Shown here in pieces: positions 23,773 through 36,296 of a DNA stretch of 64,000 nt. The notes under the pieces are model-generated. The model was not told the DNA's origin, searched no databases, and worked only from the letters and a program-made list of their open reading frames with translations. Source of the DNA: Blasia pusilla (taxonomy: Eukaryota); the NCBI GenBank assembly GCA_050084515.1, contig CM114271.1:18786001-18850000 (forward strand), read 5' to 3'. A program made the translations under genes and the position numbers. Numbering within the stretch: position 1 is the stretch's first letter; every line of letters starts with the position of its first letter.

Positions 23773-24539
23773 TGGAGATATTTTGGTACTTCTTGTCTCG
23801 TTGTTTGGATGCCATGAGTTAGCATGGGATCGTGCGTGTTTGTGTTTGTGTACGTTGACATCGATGTATGTTGTGTAGCGATGTGTATGTGCACGATAGT
23901 AGTCACGTCTTTTAGGATAGATCAGTGAAATCCAGTAGAGCGCCTTCGTGAGTAGTGGAGGACAGGCTTAGTAGGTCGAGGATGACATGCTGAGGCCCCG
24001 AGAAACCTGAGAGAGCAAGTTTCCCCTTCGTTTCCGCTCATTTGGAGCCATATTGAGGAACTTACTATTTTGGGTAAGTACCATTTTGAGTATATGATCA
24101 ACTTTATTTTTTTGGTAAGTGACTCTTGAGGACATCAGGAAAAGAGCCAAGGAGGTGACTTGGGAGAATAGGGAACCATGGAGAGAGCTTTGGAGAGGAG
24201 AGGGGTATACCTCAAGGAGAGAGAGCTTGAGAGCTCATTCTATCTTTGTTCAACCTCTTGGTATGAGGCGGCGGAGCTATGGTCCCTTGCCTTGTGAGTA
24301 TAACCCAAGCCTCTCATTAGGAGAGTGGGTTTGGTTTGACATGAGAGAGAGTGCACACCTTTGAGAGCTATGGTGTGAGATGGTGTAGAGAGAGATTGGA
24401 TCTTACTTTATTGGAGATATTTTGGTACTTCTTGTCTTGTTGTTTGGATGCCATGAGTTAGCATGGGATCGTGCGTGTTTGTGTGTGTGTGTTCGGTGAC
24501 AACGATGTATGTTGTGTGGCGATGTGTATGCGCATGACA
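23773..24539 (+). repeat. 3' terminal A-B-A repeat block of copy 2
   Basis: PPT-like CCAGCTAGGGGGGTGAT (~23756-23772); A1 23773-23898; spacer GT; B2 23901-24410; A2 24412-24539 ending TGACA. Confidence 0.9.
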
Positions 24540-26795
24540 CCATAATCAACAAAGGATGTAACTTCGGAGTGGGAGCATTGAAGGATGCTCATACTTTGTC
24601 ACATACCATATATCTGGCCACAAACCGTTGTATCCCACTATGCATGCCGCGCCATCGATACTGAATTTGGAGTAAGTTGTAAGTAAGCTTTACTCCAAAA
24701 TGCCCCAACTCCTCATGGCATGTCACACTACACGTGCTTGATGGGAACGATGAGGTACCACTCGTATCCTACCATCTCCCCATACCCACAAAATGTGAGT
24801 CCTCTCCCACCTGAACCTTCTGGCTCTCTATAGGATCCGGTCCCGCTCCCTAGCACTCACTGTGCTCGCTATGACGCCAGTGCTCAAGAACTCCACAACC
24901 TCTATGTCGTCATGGATATCATGACCACTTGTCGCCTCCTCACTGACCTCTGGATCCAAAGACTCATCATCCAACCCCACCATTGGAGTCATCACCTGCG
25001 GTTGACCTACCATAGTCAACCAACAAAGATAGGCAGATGCATGCCAATCGGGCACCATCTCCTCATCACTCTCTCCGTGCCATCGAGCTCCTATGTCGTC
25101 TCTCTGACTCGGACATGGGTTACGACTCAACCCATCCGCATCATGATTCAGCCGACATGGCCTGTGAACCACCTCAAACTCATACTCATGTAGTAATAGA
25201 TCCCACCAGGCAAGCTTTTCCGTAAGCTTGTCGGACTCCATCAGCCACCTCAATGGCTGATGATAAGTGTGAAAGGGTTGCCAAATAAATAGCATGTGAA
25301 ATGTGCCACAGACCACACAGCAGCCAAGCACTCTCTCTTGTAGGAGCTGTACTTTGCCTCTGCAATGTTGTTTGATCGGCTCGCTTAAGCCACAACAAAC
25401 TCCTTCTCCTCGTCATCCCTCTGAGTAAGCACTGGTCCTAGACCTAATATGCTCCAATCTGTATGTAACCAGAATGGGGGACTCCTAATCGGTCTCTGTA
25501 AAATGGGTGAGGATGTCAACCTATCCTTGAGCTCTTGAAAAGCCCGCTCCTAATCATCTCCCCACAACCAAACCTGATCAAATCTTGTCAACAAGGTCAA
25601 AGACTTCGCGATCGCACTAAAACCCTTGACATACCATCGATAGAAGTTCTCCAGTCCAAGAAATGCTCTGACTTGACTCACATGTGTAGGACGTGGAATT
25701 TGCGCAATTGCCTCCATCTTTGACTGCTGAACACCTAACCCACTGTGGCATATGGTGTGTCCCAAGTACTCAATCTGCTCTTGAAAGAATCTGCACTTGC
25801 CTAGATGTAACTTCAATCTATATAACTGCAATCGCCAAAACACCTCCCCTAGGTGTTTTTCATGATCCTCAACCGTGAAACTGAAGATGAGAATATCATC
25901 TATGTAACATCGTACAAAATCCAAGCTAGCCAAAATCCTATCCATCACTCTGTGAAACTGTGCAGGTGCGTTCTTCAACCCAAATGGTAAGAACCGGCAC
26001 TTATACAAGCAATCTCTCCTGAACGGATCTATCCCCCAGAATGTTGTCTTCTCCCTATCTTCCAACCTGATAGGAAGCTGTTGATAGCCAACACGGAGAT
26101 CTAAAGTACTCAAGATCTTTGCATGCCCCACCACATCAAAGATCTCCTCAGGAGTAGGCATGGCGTACCGATCTGACCTCGTATGTCGGTTGATAGGACG
26201 GTAATCTCCACACATCCGCCTATCCGTCCAATTGCCATACATATCCTTCTTCGCCGGCATGATTGTGGCAAATGCATACTCCCCATGTGATAACTCCACA
26301 AGTCATGACTCCTGCTTTGAATCAAGGCTCCCTCCATATGAGAATACCTTTAGGGTCGACAAAAGATTGGCATATCACTAGCTAACTCAATCCGTATCGC
26401 GAGACCCTTCAACATACCCAAGTCTCTCATACTGAAGGCAAAAAAACTAACATGCCTTCTCAGAAACCTATGAACTCATCATCGCTCTCCACCTATCAAC
26501 TTGAGACCTATCACAGGCTCCCAAGTCTCCATTGTGACCTCACTCGGAGAGGATGCAACCTCCGACTTTGGTTGCTATGTAGCAATCCTAGCCACCTCCG
26601 CAATAGCCACTCCACTCTGACCTCCTACACCATGCTCCACATCCAAAAATGAACATGTGCTGCTCTCGCCTCCTTTGGACTCTCTGCTCAAACAACGTCC
26701 TAGTAAGTCCATGGGTGCCTATCTCTCCTCATCCTACCCCCAGCCAATGCCTGTACAGACCCTGTAGGCAACGCTCCAACTCGTGGACGTGACGG

Positions 26796-28068
26796 TGTCG
26801 TGTCGAGAGTCTTTCTTTGAGCAAGGGCGGGCCTTCTAGCTGCGGTAGATGCGGTCGATGCAAGGTGAACTCTCTAATAAGTTCTCATTTTTCAATACAA
26901 AATTATGATGTATACTCTCCATTCTCTCACGAAAGGTATCACAAATGGAAGTGCCGAGGCGATCACTTCTTCGTAACATCGGACCCCAAAATTCCTAACT
27001 ATAAAATCCCTATAAACTATTTTACGCTTGTACACGAGGAAGATAGCACAACTAGTGTTAAACCCTACTTGAGCAGGCCTATTGACATCCATGGATCGCT
27101 ATATAAGGACATACAAAGTACAATCCCATGTCCTTCCATATGTGACAATAGGAAGAATCACCGAAGTTGGAGATTGCATGACCTGGTTCATGAACTCCTC
27201 CCCAAAGTGATAAACTAAATAGCGAGTGAACCAGTGCCTATCTACAAAGAGTACCTTGACATGGTAAGGATTGAGGAAAGGAAAGTCGGGCACAGCTCGT
27301 GCTCCACCCCTATCCATGCTTGACACACATTCTCTACTCTCCTCAAGAATAGGTTTTGGCGGAGTTATTCTCCCAAGAGGGGTAATCCACTCTCATTGGG
27401 GAAGTAACAAGCCAAAACATCCACTATTTTAGTATGACTAAACTCCTCTACGGTGACAAACCTCTCATCCCCACACACACACACCACACTCTAGAAATCT
27501 CTCGAAGAATAGACCATGGTCAAGTTACTCTCCCAAGAGGGGTGATCCACTCTCATTGGAAGAGCAAGCAATCCCAAAGCCATACACTCAAGAGAGACAC
27601 GAGAGACTCAAGATGTGGAATAGAAGGTGATGAACCCTTGAAGGTCCCTCCTCTTTATATACTCACAAGGGATCCACAAGAGTACGAAATAGAGCTTATC
27701 TTATCTTGTGCCACATGGCTTCCTCTCAAGGCTTAGCCAATCACATTTTGACACAAGTAGATTTCCTCTCATCTCTTCCAAAATATCCTCTTTTACCCAC
27801 ATGATATTTTCCAAATTACCCCAACTAACCTAGCCACCAACCAAGACTACTTTTGCTTTTCATTAAAGCAACTATTTTACTTTTATAAAGTCATCTTTTA
27901 TTTATTACCTCCTTTTCCTAAAGTTGGGCCCGCATAAAAGAGCCACCATAAAGAGGTTTAAACATAAGAATCTCCTTTTTCTAAGCCAATTTACTTAATA
28001 CTAATGAAACTCTATCTAACACTTAATGACGAAGGAGTTTACACACTGGTTGATTTTACTATACGACA
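26796..28068. mobile_element. Solo-LTR-like insertion (~1.27 kb) in copy 1, between DNMT and RT
   Basis: Termini TGTCGTGT...ATACGACA. Flanking 4-mers ACGG/ATGG differ by one CpG transition. Internal ~35-bp duplication (TCTCCCAAGAGGGGT.ATCCACTCTCATTGG) near 27365 and 27525. No coding domains. Confidence 0.7.
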
Positions 28069-28094
28069 ATGGCATGGATGATACTCGCATCCGT

Positions 28095-29060
28095 CTGTGC
28101 TCAGCTATACCTAGGCCGACTATCCATTTGAGATAGTTAAGGTCCATCGCCTGCCCCAACACCTATCTCCGAGATGCCTCAGTCCTATCTGGCACCGCTA
28201 TAGTACCCGTAGCGAACCCCATGGCATGCTTGCGCTCATCTGCTGTAGGCTCCTCCAATGCTCAGGTCACTTCTTCCCAAATCATGCTTGGCCCTCCCCG
28301 AAAAAAAGGCATGGGATGTTGGGAAGCTCACCAAAGTAGATAAGGTTGCCCTCAACTCCCCCACCCTATTCGCCATTGCCAACGGTGGTCTATCATCCCG
28401 CGTCACCACCTGAGATCGACAACTAGAGCCCAAAATAACATCCAGTGTGAGATGTGGTGCTCTCTGGACTCCATCGTATGCTCCACTCAGTACTTTTGAT
28501 GGTATCAGGTTTGTCCACCACAATCGTGGACGATAGGCGCGTGATCCAACTCTCGCTGCTTCTAACGACACAATAGGTCCCAACTAGGACCTCACCTGAT
28601 GCACACTCATCATCACACGTGCACGAGTGTCTCCCAACAATGGCACGTTCTCCAAAATGTACGGCGAAGAACATGTCTGACTCTCGTGCAAGTGTCGTAC
28701 TACTCGTAGCATCTCCCAAAACATCCCTGACCTCGGATCATGCAATCCAAACCCTTGTCCAGTTGATGAATGACCCTGACATGGCCATCTAGCAATCACC
28801 AAATGAATGGTGGCAACTCTATTCAGATCCTGTGCCCCCACCAAAGAGATGTTGGCGGGTAGTGTATGCTGATATCCCCGTACTGTAGATATCGGCAACA
28901 ACTCATGATACCTCTGGATCAATCTCGTCATGTGATGTAATGATACTTGCCGCGTGGTCTCATCTCTCTCCACATAAAGATACTCATGCACCCGTATGCC
29001 TGCCTGTAATACCGTAGCCAATCTAGTGCTAATCCCTCCGAAGAATTCTAACACCCTAAC
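28095..29060 (-). pseudogene. DNMT3-like methyltransferase domain of copy 1 (catalytic PC motif retained)
   Basis: LEFFGGIST, YVERDE, IARWPCQGH, DPRSGMFWE, YILENV, YRPRLWWTNL, then AMGF..G and RRxVLGQAM beyond frameshifts or stops. Confidence 0.9.
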
Positions 29061-32000
29061 ACCCTCCTCTCAACACTGCCACACAACGGGTGTGGTATCC
29101 ACTGGGATCAACGTCTCCATTCCAGGAGCCTGATCGCTAGGTGACTCTCGGTGCTCTGGGATAAAGGCATGACTCCACGCCTGCCTCACGAGGTCTTCGG
29201 CACTCCTCTGTAGCTCTCGAGTCGTATCCCAAAATGGTGAAGAGGTCTCGCCAACATGGGAAGAGACACCCGCCATGGCCTGTCTCTCCGTGGGACTATC
29301 CGCTATTGGGACATCCTCCGCATGTGTGTTCCCCTCCTACAACTCTCCTTGCTAGCTAACACTACCTGTGAAAGCTGCCAACGTGGTCACAAACTCGTCT
29401 TGTGCTCGACCACCTCGTCCCGCAAACTGCACAAGTAATTGACTCATCCGCCCGTCACTTGACCGCCACCCTGGCCAATAAGCAACGGTCTCCTCCCATA
29501 AGTCAAAGATGAATCCTAGGGCATATAACATTGTACTCCCCACCAACACAACGTACGACTCAACTGGTGTCGTAATCGCACATGTGCGTACCACAACACT
29601 ATCTGTCGCATGCTCTAGCTGGACTCTGATAATTATCTCTTGTCGAGTCATATACTGCGTGGGTGACACGCCCCAAATCAAGGTTTGTATCTGGAAGGGA
29701 CAAGGCTCAATGTCGGCCTTCCGTAACCCCAACGCTAAACACGCTGCCTTCCCTAACATTAAGGGTTGCGCTCTTGAATAAAGTAGGATGCGTTGCGGGT
29801 GGTATACTGTCCCCGTTGGACTAACCAAGTAAAATACTCTAGCTCGGTTATCCAATAACACTACGCCAGGTGGCATCACTGCTCGCTCTATGGTTGAGCG
29901 ATCTGTCATATTAACCAACTTCGCCACCGCCGCATACCATGACTCTATGGGAGACGTCCCGATCACCTACTCCGAGGGCAAGTCCACCACCTCCTCAAAT
30001 GCCTTTGAACAAGAGGCAGTCACCTCTCCACGCTCATACAACGTGGCGGCCAGCCGGAACACCTCAACTGGTCCAACTCCCAACGTCGCCAACTTTATGG
30101 CGGAAAATAGCAGAGTCTGGCTCACTCTAACGGCTACATCCAACACTATGGTCGACATTGACTCCACTCGAGCCAGCATAGGAGTTGTCACTCCAACTCC
30201 TCATGACATTGACGCATCTATCTGACCTGTAGGCACCGCTGGTCGTCGAGGCACCATCGATGGTGTGTGTAGTGCCTCCGACAATGTGAATGATTGTGGA
30301 ACCCTGGCTTGCCGCCCATTAGACTCCTTTGGTGGGTCAATCTCAACTTCACCTCTGAATGGCTCAAGTGCCTTTCGCAGCATCCCAAGTCACCACTACA
30401 GCAGCCTCAACCTGAGCGACACTACACATATACCCCATACTAGCAAGATCCACACCCGGGTAAGAGGTAGAAGCTGGAGCTCGGTAAGAGATGGAAGTTG
30501 GAGCCACACTAGATGCTCGCGGCTCCGTGCCTTCCCAAAGCTGCATCATCGTCATGGCAACAATCCTCTGCTCCAACTGATCGATGTGTGAAAGAAGTGT
30601 CGGCTCCAGTGCTCCTGCTCCAACTCCTCTGGTGGTGGTCCTCTTCTGTCACGTCCATGAACAACTCCCCAACCTCCTCTAGGACGACCGTCCCTAGGCC
30701 CTCAGCCTACCTCTCGACGTGCCTCTCAACAAAGGTCAAAACATCTATCCCTAGTGTGACCATATCTGTGGCAATAGTCATACTGGTACTGTGTCATGAC
30801 CATACGGATTATGTCGTAGAGTATAGTGTGCTTGTAGAGGCCATACCTTATGAGGGCCATAGTGTCAAGGTAGAGATGCCGTTTCATACGTAGGATTGGG
30901 GGTTACTCAGTTGAGGGTGACTTTTCCAATAGGGCCCGCTCTTAGGTTGGAGGATATAGTGTGGAGTGCACTCAAAGAATAATTAGTCCTTTGAGTTGAG
31001 CTTGTTGCGTTGGGAGTTAGCCTTGGTAGTGAGTAGAGCTCTTGGCTATGGTGGTTCCGTAAGCTTTGACCTAGATTCTCCCATCGTGGAGTGGGTTTGG
31101 CTTGATTTGATGTGATTCTATATGTGTTTTATGACACTAGGTCTTTCACGGATTTCACTCAAAGAACTAGAGTAGATCGATGGTAGCTTCGATTATGGAT
31201 TAGTAGGTTATGATTGATTGTGTACTCAGCCGTGGATGTTCATGAATTTTGGCCTATGTTGGAGGTGGGAATCTGGTGTGTGGTTGGTTGGGAAAGAAGC
31301 GCCTTGCTGAGAGCTTTCCAACGCGCTTTAGATCGCCGGATTTTGTCAATGGAGTTGGAAGTTATCAAGGATTGAAGATTCTGGTTTGTGTTCGACGGTT
31401 TTTTGATGTGGAGAGCTTGGAGTGCGGAAGCTCTGTTGAAGTTCATCTAGATTGGGTGAGAGGTTCCTGTTGCTACTTGTATTGTGATCTCATGTGAAGC
31501 TATGTGCTTGAGTGTGTGGAGCGTTTCCGATTTCTGCGTGCATGAATCTGGGCGGAAGCGCTGTTGGATTTACGATTCTGGAGGTGTATGGACAGCAAGT
31601 TTGTTTGATTTTTAGCTCGGAGTACAGAGCTCTGTTGTAGCAGATTTTTGTGGAGAGATAGCTATGGTGGTTAACTTCGAGGCTTCGAGGCAACTCGTGG
31701 TAGCTTGGGGCGAGTGGGCGTGAGAGGCGGAGCAAGGAGCAAGCAAGCAAGCTTACTTGCTTGGGCGTGAGGCAATTTTTGCAGGATTTGTGATTTGAGT
31801 GTTGCATAACTGGTCACCCATCTTTGAGCTATTCTGCCTGGAAGACGCTTAACTGCCGAGTTCTTAACTATGCCAGTGTACACACTGGTGTAGCTCATTT
31901 GGTGCTGATTGGAGATGTGTTTGGCGCTTTATGCATCTTAGTTTTTTGGTTGATGGACCTCTAACGCATAGTACGGTGTAGCCTCTCCATGCAGGTAATA

Positions 32001-35000
32001 TTTTCAGGTGCTACGTGTCAGACTAGCATGTCATCGACCCGCGGCGGAGTAGCTATTGCGTTAGAATTGTGTGGTGGGTTCTGTGGATTCAGGGGACGCC
32101 ACGTTTGGTGGATTTTGTAACCTTGATTTCCATTTGCGATTGGAGGGTTGTCGTTGGACTTCTTGTGTTTGGATCCCCTCCATCGTTGCTTCTTGCTTGC
32201 GCGCTCATTGTTAGGGTTGAAGCTGATTTCAAGAGTAGTGTTACTCCTGTGTGCTACCGGTAGTGAGGCTGGAGCGATGACCAGTAGACCGTGGGAGGCT
32301 TCTTGTGGTGATGACAGGTTAGGTTGCCTACATCCATAGCTAGTAGAGCTAGAACAGTATAGCGACATCGACGCCATTTGGTTACTTAGTGGTGGTAATT
32401 TGATGGTGGTGCGGCATCGGCGTTGCTCATCACGGAGCTGTCTGGTGGTCAGGTTGGGGACCTTGGTGAGGACAATGGTGGTTTCACACGGAGTGGATTG
32501 AGGTATCGGCTACCTTTTCCACTTCCGACGGTTGATGAAGAGGAGGACGAAGGTGTTCCAAACACCGAGTCTTCTACGTTGTTATTGAGTGTTGCAGCTC
32601 CATTGATTTGGGACATGGACGGGATATATGGGGCCATGAAGGGCCCACGACGATACTCGGGTGCAATGGGCACCATTGAGTTGGAGGACTTCATGCAGGA
32701 GTTTGATACGTGGTGTGATATGCAAATATTGCGGAACTCCACGTTGTTGACATCCTTCTTGGCTTGGAAGGGGTTGTTTCAGCACTTGGAGGGACCACCC
32801 ATGGATGATTACCATGAGTTTAGGAAGGACCATGTTGTTGAGATTGAGGCGTGAAGAAAATATTGGTCTCCAGGCTATGTGTCTATTACCCATGGTGGTA
32901 TTGGTAGTAGTGCTCCTACTATGCCAGCCAACCCGACGTTGAGTGGTACGAGTACGAGACGGAGTGGGGGTACCAGTGGAGGTACCCATGGAGGTACCAG
33001 TGGGGGTACTAGGGGAGGTACTAGTGCCCCACCATCGTTCAGCCCGGTTGCAGAGTTCTTCAAGAGGTTGAAGAAGAACTATCAAGGAGTGAAGATAGAG
33101 AAGTTGAGGAGTCTTCAAGAATTTGAGCGAAAGACTGGTAAGAGTCTTCATGAGGCATACATTCGTATGCGACGCTTGATTTCAGTTACCCAGGATTGAC
33201 TGAGGCTCAGGCAGTCGAGTTTTGGTATGTGATCTTGGATAGAGAGTTGCGTCGTAGGGTACGTGATGCTACTCTTATGAGTGATGATTCACCCACATTG
33301 ACCCATGTGTTTGCTCTATCTGAGAAGATTAAGCTTAACATGGTGAAGGAGAGAGTAGTGACATCCGCATTCAGTAGGGATACAACTACTACTTCTCGTG
33401 TTGAGCAGTCCACCTCATAGTCTCGTAGTAGTGGTGGTGGTAGTAGTAGTGGGAGTCGTGGGGGTACACACGACCTCAGTCAGGTCCTAGAGGGACACTT
33501 GCGCAGAGACCATTGCCTTCATTTGCTGCCCCGCAGCAAGGACAGTCATGTTGGACATGTGGAGGTGATCATGTTAGGAAGTTTTGTCCCCAAGAGGATG
33601 GGAGACGAACTTTGGAGGATGGGCCTCAGTCGGCCCCAAATCAGTGTGATCATTGCAGGAGAGCAGGTCATCCTCGAGAGCGTTGCTTTGATCTTCATCC
33701 AGAGTTGAGATCAAGCCGCGGCCGTGGTGGAGTAGCTCCAAGAGGCCGAGGTGGTAGAGGTGGTAGGGGTGGACCAGTGGTTGGAGAGCCTACTGTGGCT
33801 ACCCCTACCACTACGACAGAGTCAGCAATGACTGCCAAGATTGAGCAATTGGAGCAGAAGTTGGCTACTATGGCACGTATCCAGCATAGATCACGTTCGG
33901 GAGCAGGGGCTTCCACCTCTTATAGACGGGATGATCTCTCTTATATGGCGAGTGCAGCACAGGTTGAGGCATCAGCTGCAGTTTCGAGAGGAGCCACTCG
34001 AGCGTCAGAGCCACATGGAGTTGGATCCACAGAGGGGTGAGGCTGGGAGGCAAGCTAGGCTTCCCCAGTCATTCTTGTTGTCTGAGGTGCTTAGGACTCC
34101 ATCCATAGTTCCTACGTAGCCTATTGAGCTGAAAGTAGAGACTGAGGCATCTACATCGCGTGTAGTAGACACGGATGCAGCATCGAGTGCAATATTGCAG
34201 ATGGCAACTTTAGTGTTGGGATCCCCATTGTTTTTGGCCACGAAGCTGATGGCTTAAGGAGTTGACTTAGCTCCTGTATTTCAGCTAGTAGCCACGTTGT
34301 GTAAACGTGGGGATGTTAGTGCTACACGTGCTGAGGTGGATGAGGATGTTGCGGTGGAGTGACCCTCTATGTCAAGTATAGCATTGAGTACCAGTGCTAC
34401 TTGGCAAGCAGCAACGGCGAAGATGGATGCATTACCAGCCCGGTCAGCCATTGATCGTGAGAGGCTTACACCTCGTGTATGTATGTTGGACAACTGGAGT
34501 GGGATATTCCGATTGGTGAGTCCTACATGACAGGTGTATAGACCATATAGAGTCTTGTTAGACTCTGGTGCCCAACCTTTGATGTTGGGATAGGTGGCAT
34601 GTATTGGTTTGGGTATTCGAACGTCAGAGCTTGAGCCTTGCCCATTCCAGATTCAAACATCACTTGGAGGAGCCAATGATAGGTCTCAATTCATGACACG
34701 GGAGAAGTTTTCTGTATCGTTGAGACTAGATCATGCGACTGATAGCTCCCGGTTGGGAGTACCTGCAGTGGTCACATCAACCGAGTCGTATGATGTACTA
34801 GTTGGAGGAGCAGTATTGTACCCGAGGGGTTTTCAGATGGATTACTAGATTGAGATAGCGTCTTATAGACTTGGTTGGCAGTCCGGGGATGGACGTATGA
34901 GCCAGGTTCCTGTGAGATTTATTTATGGGGCTCGACCAGGAGGGTCTTCCCCAACAGTGTTAGCATCTGTGGTTTGTTTTAGTGGAGTAGTCACTAAGCC

Positions 35001-35269
35001 AAGAGACTTTTTGGAGGGTAATGTTTATGCTATGGATTCTCCTGTGCACGAGGAGGTAGAGGAGGTCCCTAGTTTTGCAACAGTGGCATCCTCATCGTTG
35101 GATGTGCCACTTTGGAGTTCAGGCGGTGCGCTACGGCAAGAGGCTTGGTGTGAGGCTGTTATACCTCAAGAAGAAGAGGAGGCCCTACGGCGGACTCCTA
35201 CTTCTGGTCCAGTTGGGTTATCCCCTTTGGATACTACACCCATTGTATGGCAATATCCGCCGGAGGGCA

Positions 35270-36240
35270 TTTGTGTGTTAGATCTCTTTGGTGGGATTAG
35301 CACCGGTTTGGCTGCAGTGTTGCAAACCGGTATTCCTGTGCAGAGATACGTGTATGTGGAGCGAGATGAGACGGCCTAGAGAGTCTCATCCCGACATATT
35401 GGTCAGTTGATGCGGAAACATCCTGAGTTATTGCCGCCATAAGCTATTCATGGGTACTAGCGTGCTTTGCCGTCACATATTGCATTGTTGGGGGCGCAGG
35501 ACCTTGAGAGGGTTGGTCATGTGGATTTGGTGATTGCTGGATGGCTATTTCAGGGTCATACACATGCTGGTCGTGGTGAGGGATAACATGATCCTAGGTC
35601 TCGATTTTTTTGGGAGATGTTACGGATGTTACGACATCTTCGGGTTCATCAGGCACGTGCTCCAGCTTACATTCTGGAGAATGTTCCATTGTTGGGTGAC
35701 ACTCGGACCCGGATGATGGCGAGTGTTCATGAGGTGCGGTCTTGGATTGGACCAGCGGTGTTGTTGGATGTAGCGCGAGTTGGCTCGCGTGCACATCGTC
35801 CACACTTGTGGTGGACAAAGTTGTTGCCTAGGGAGGTTCTACATCGAGCATATGATGTAGTGCAGTGGGATCCTTGCCTTACAGTGGATAGTAACTTGGA
35901 TACTGAACGACTTTCTCAGGTGGTGAGGGTTATTGATCGGTCACCCATGGCAGTGGTGAATTGTGTGGGCCATCCTAGGATGGCACTACCCATATTTGTG
36001 AGTTTTCCCTCGTCACATGCCTATAGGGAAGGTGGTCCCGGGCTTGTATGGGATTCTCATGTGCGACAGTTGGTGGAGCCTAACGCTGATGAGAGAGAGC
36101 GTGCAATGGGATTTGCTACTGGTGTGACAACGGTTGCTTCCATTTCTGAGGCTTCACGACGTCATGTGTTGGGTCAGGCCATGGACTTAAATTGTTTGAC
36201 TTGGATTTTGAGTCTTGGTATGGCCGAGCATCGTCGACTT
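35270..36240 (+). pseudogene. DNMT3-like methyltransferase domain of copy 3 (catalytic PC mutated to LF)
   Basis: ICVLDLFGGISTG, YVERDE, VIAGWLFQGH, YILENV, HRPHLWW, ERERAMGF, RRHVLGQAM. Confidence 0.9.
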
Positions 36241-36296
36241 CGGACTATGTCTGTGGGTCTTCCACCCCTTGTGATGAGCTCGATGGCTACCGAGAC

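Larger units (their letters stand above)
14851..24539 (+). mobile_element. DNMT- and PHD-encoding Ty3/Gypsy-like retrotransposon, copy 2 (full length, ~9.7 kb, inserted in copy 1 integrase)
   Basis: Starts TTTCA (degenerate TGTCA) and ends TGACA. 4-bp TSD CCAT at 14847-14850 and 24540-24543; removing the element restores copy 1 integrase (..HPLLIMGLDYRWSLDF). Domains: gag ~17200-17950, protease 18781 (LDSGAQP), DNMT ~19500-20460, RT ~20900-21420, RNase H 21525-21950, integrase 22340-23400, PHD 23437-23584. Confidence 0.93.
12983..30791 (-). mobile_element. DNMT- and PHD-encoding Ty3/Gypsy-like retrotransposon, copy 1 (oldest; interrupted by copy 2, a solo LTR and copy 3; 5' end missing)
   Basis: Segments: 3' terminal repeats 12983-13726, PPT 13727-13740, PHD ~13810-13945, integrase 13948-14850 resuming at 24540, RNase H ~24830-25500, RT 25550-26299 (CGDYRPIN, LPFGLKNAP, CYIDD), DNMT ~28095-29060, protease ~29450-29800, gag zinc knuckle ~30740-30790. 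Confidence 0.9.

Noticed and set aside
14851-24539. Classifying copy 2 as a DIRS/Ngaro tyrosine-recombinase element because of its split repeats
   Set aside because: It has an aspartic protease, a DDE integrase, a PPT and a TSD, and no tyrosine recombinase was seen.
19500-36240. Interpreting the DNMT domains as host genes or bacterial restriction-modification contamination
   Set aside because: They are intronless, in the same position and orientation within each of three retroelement polyproteins, and flanked by spliced plant genes.
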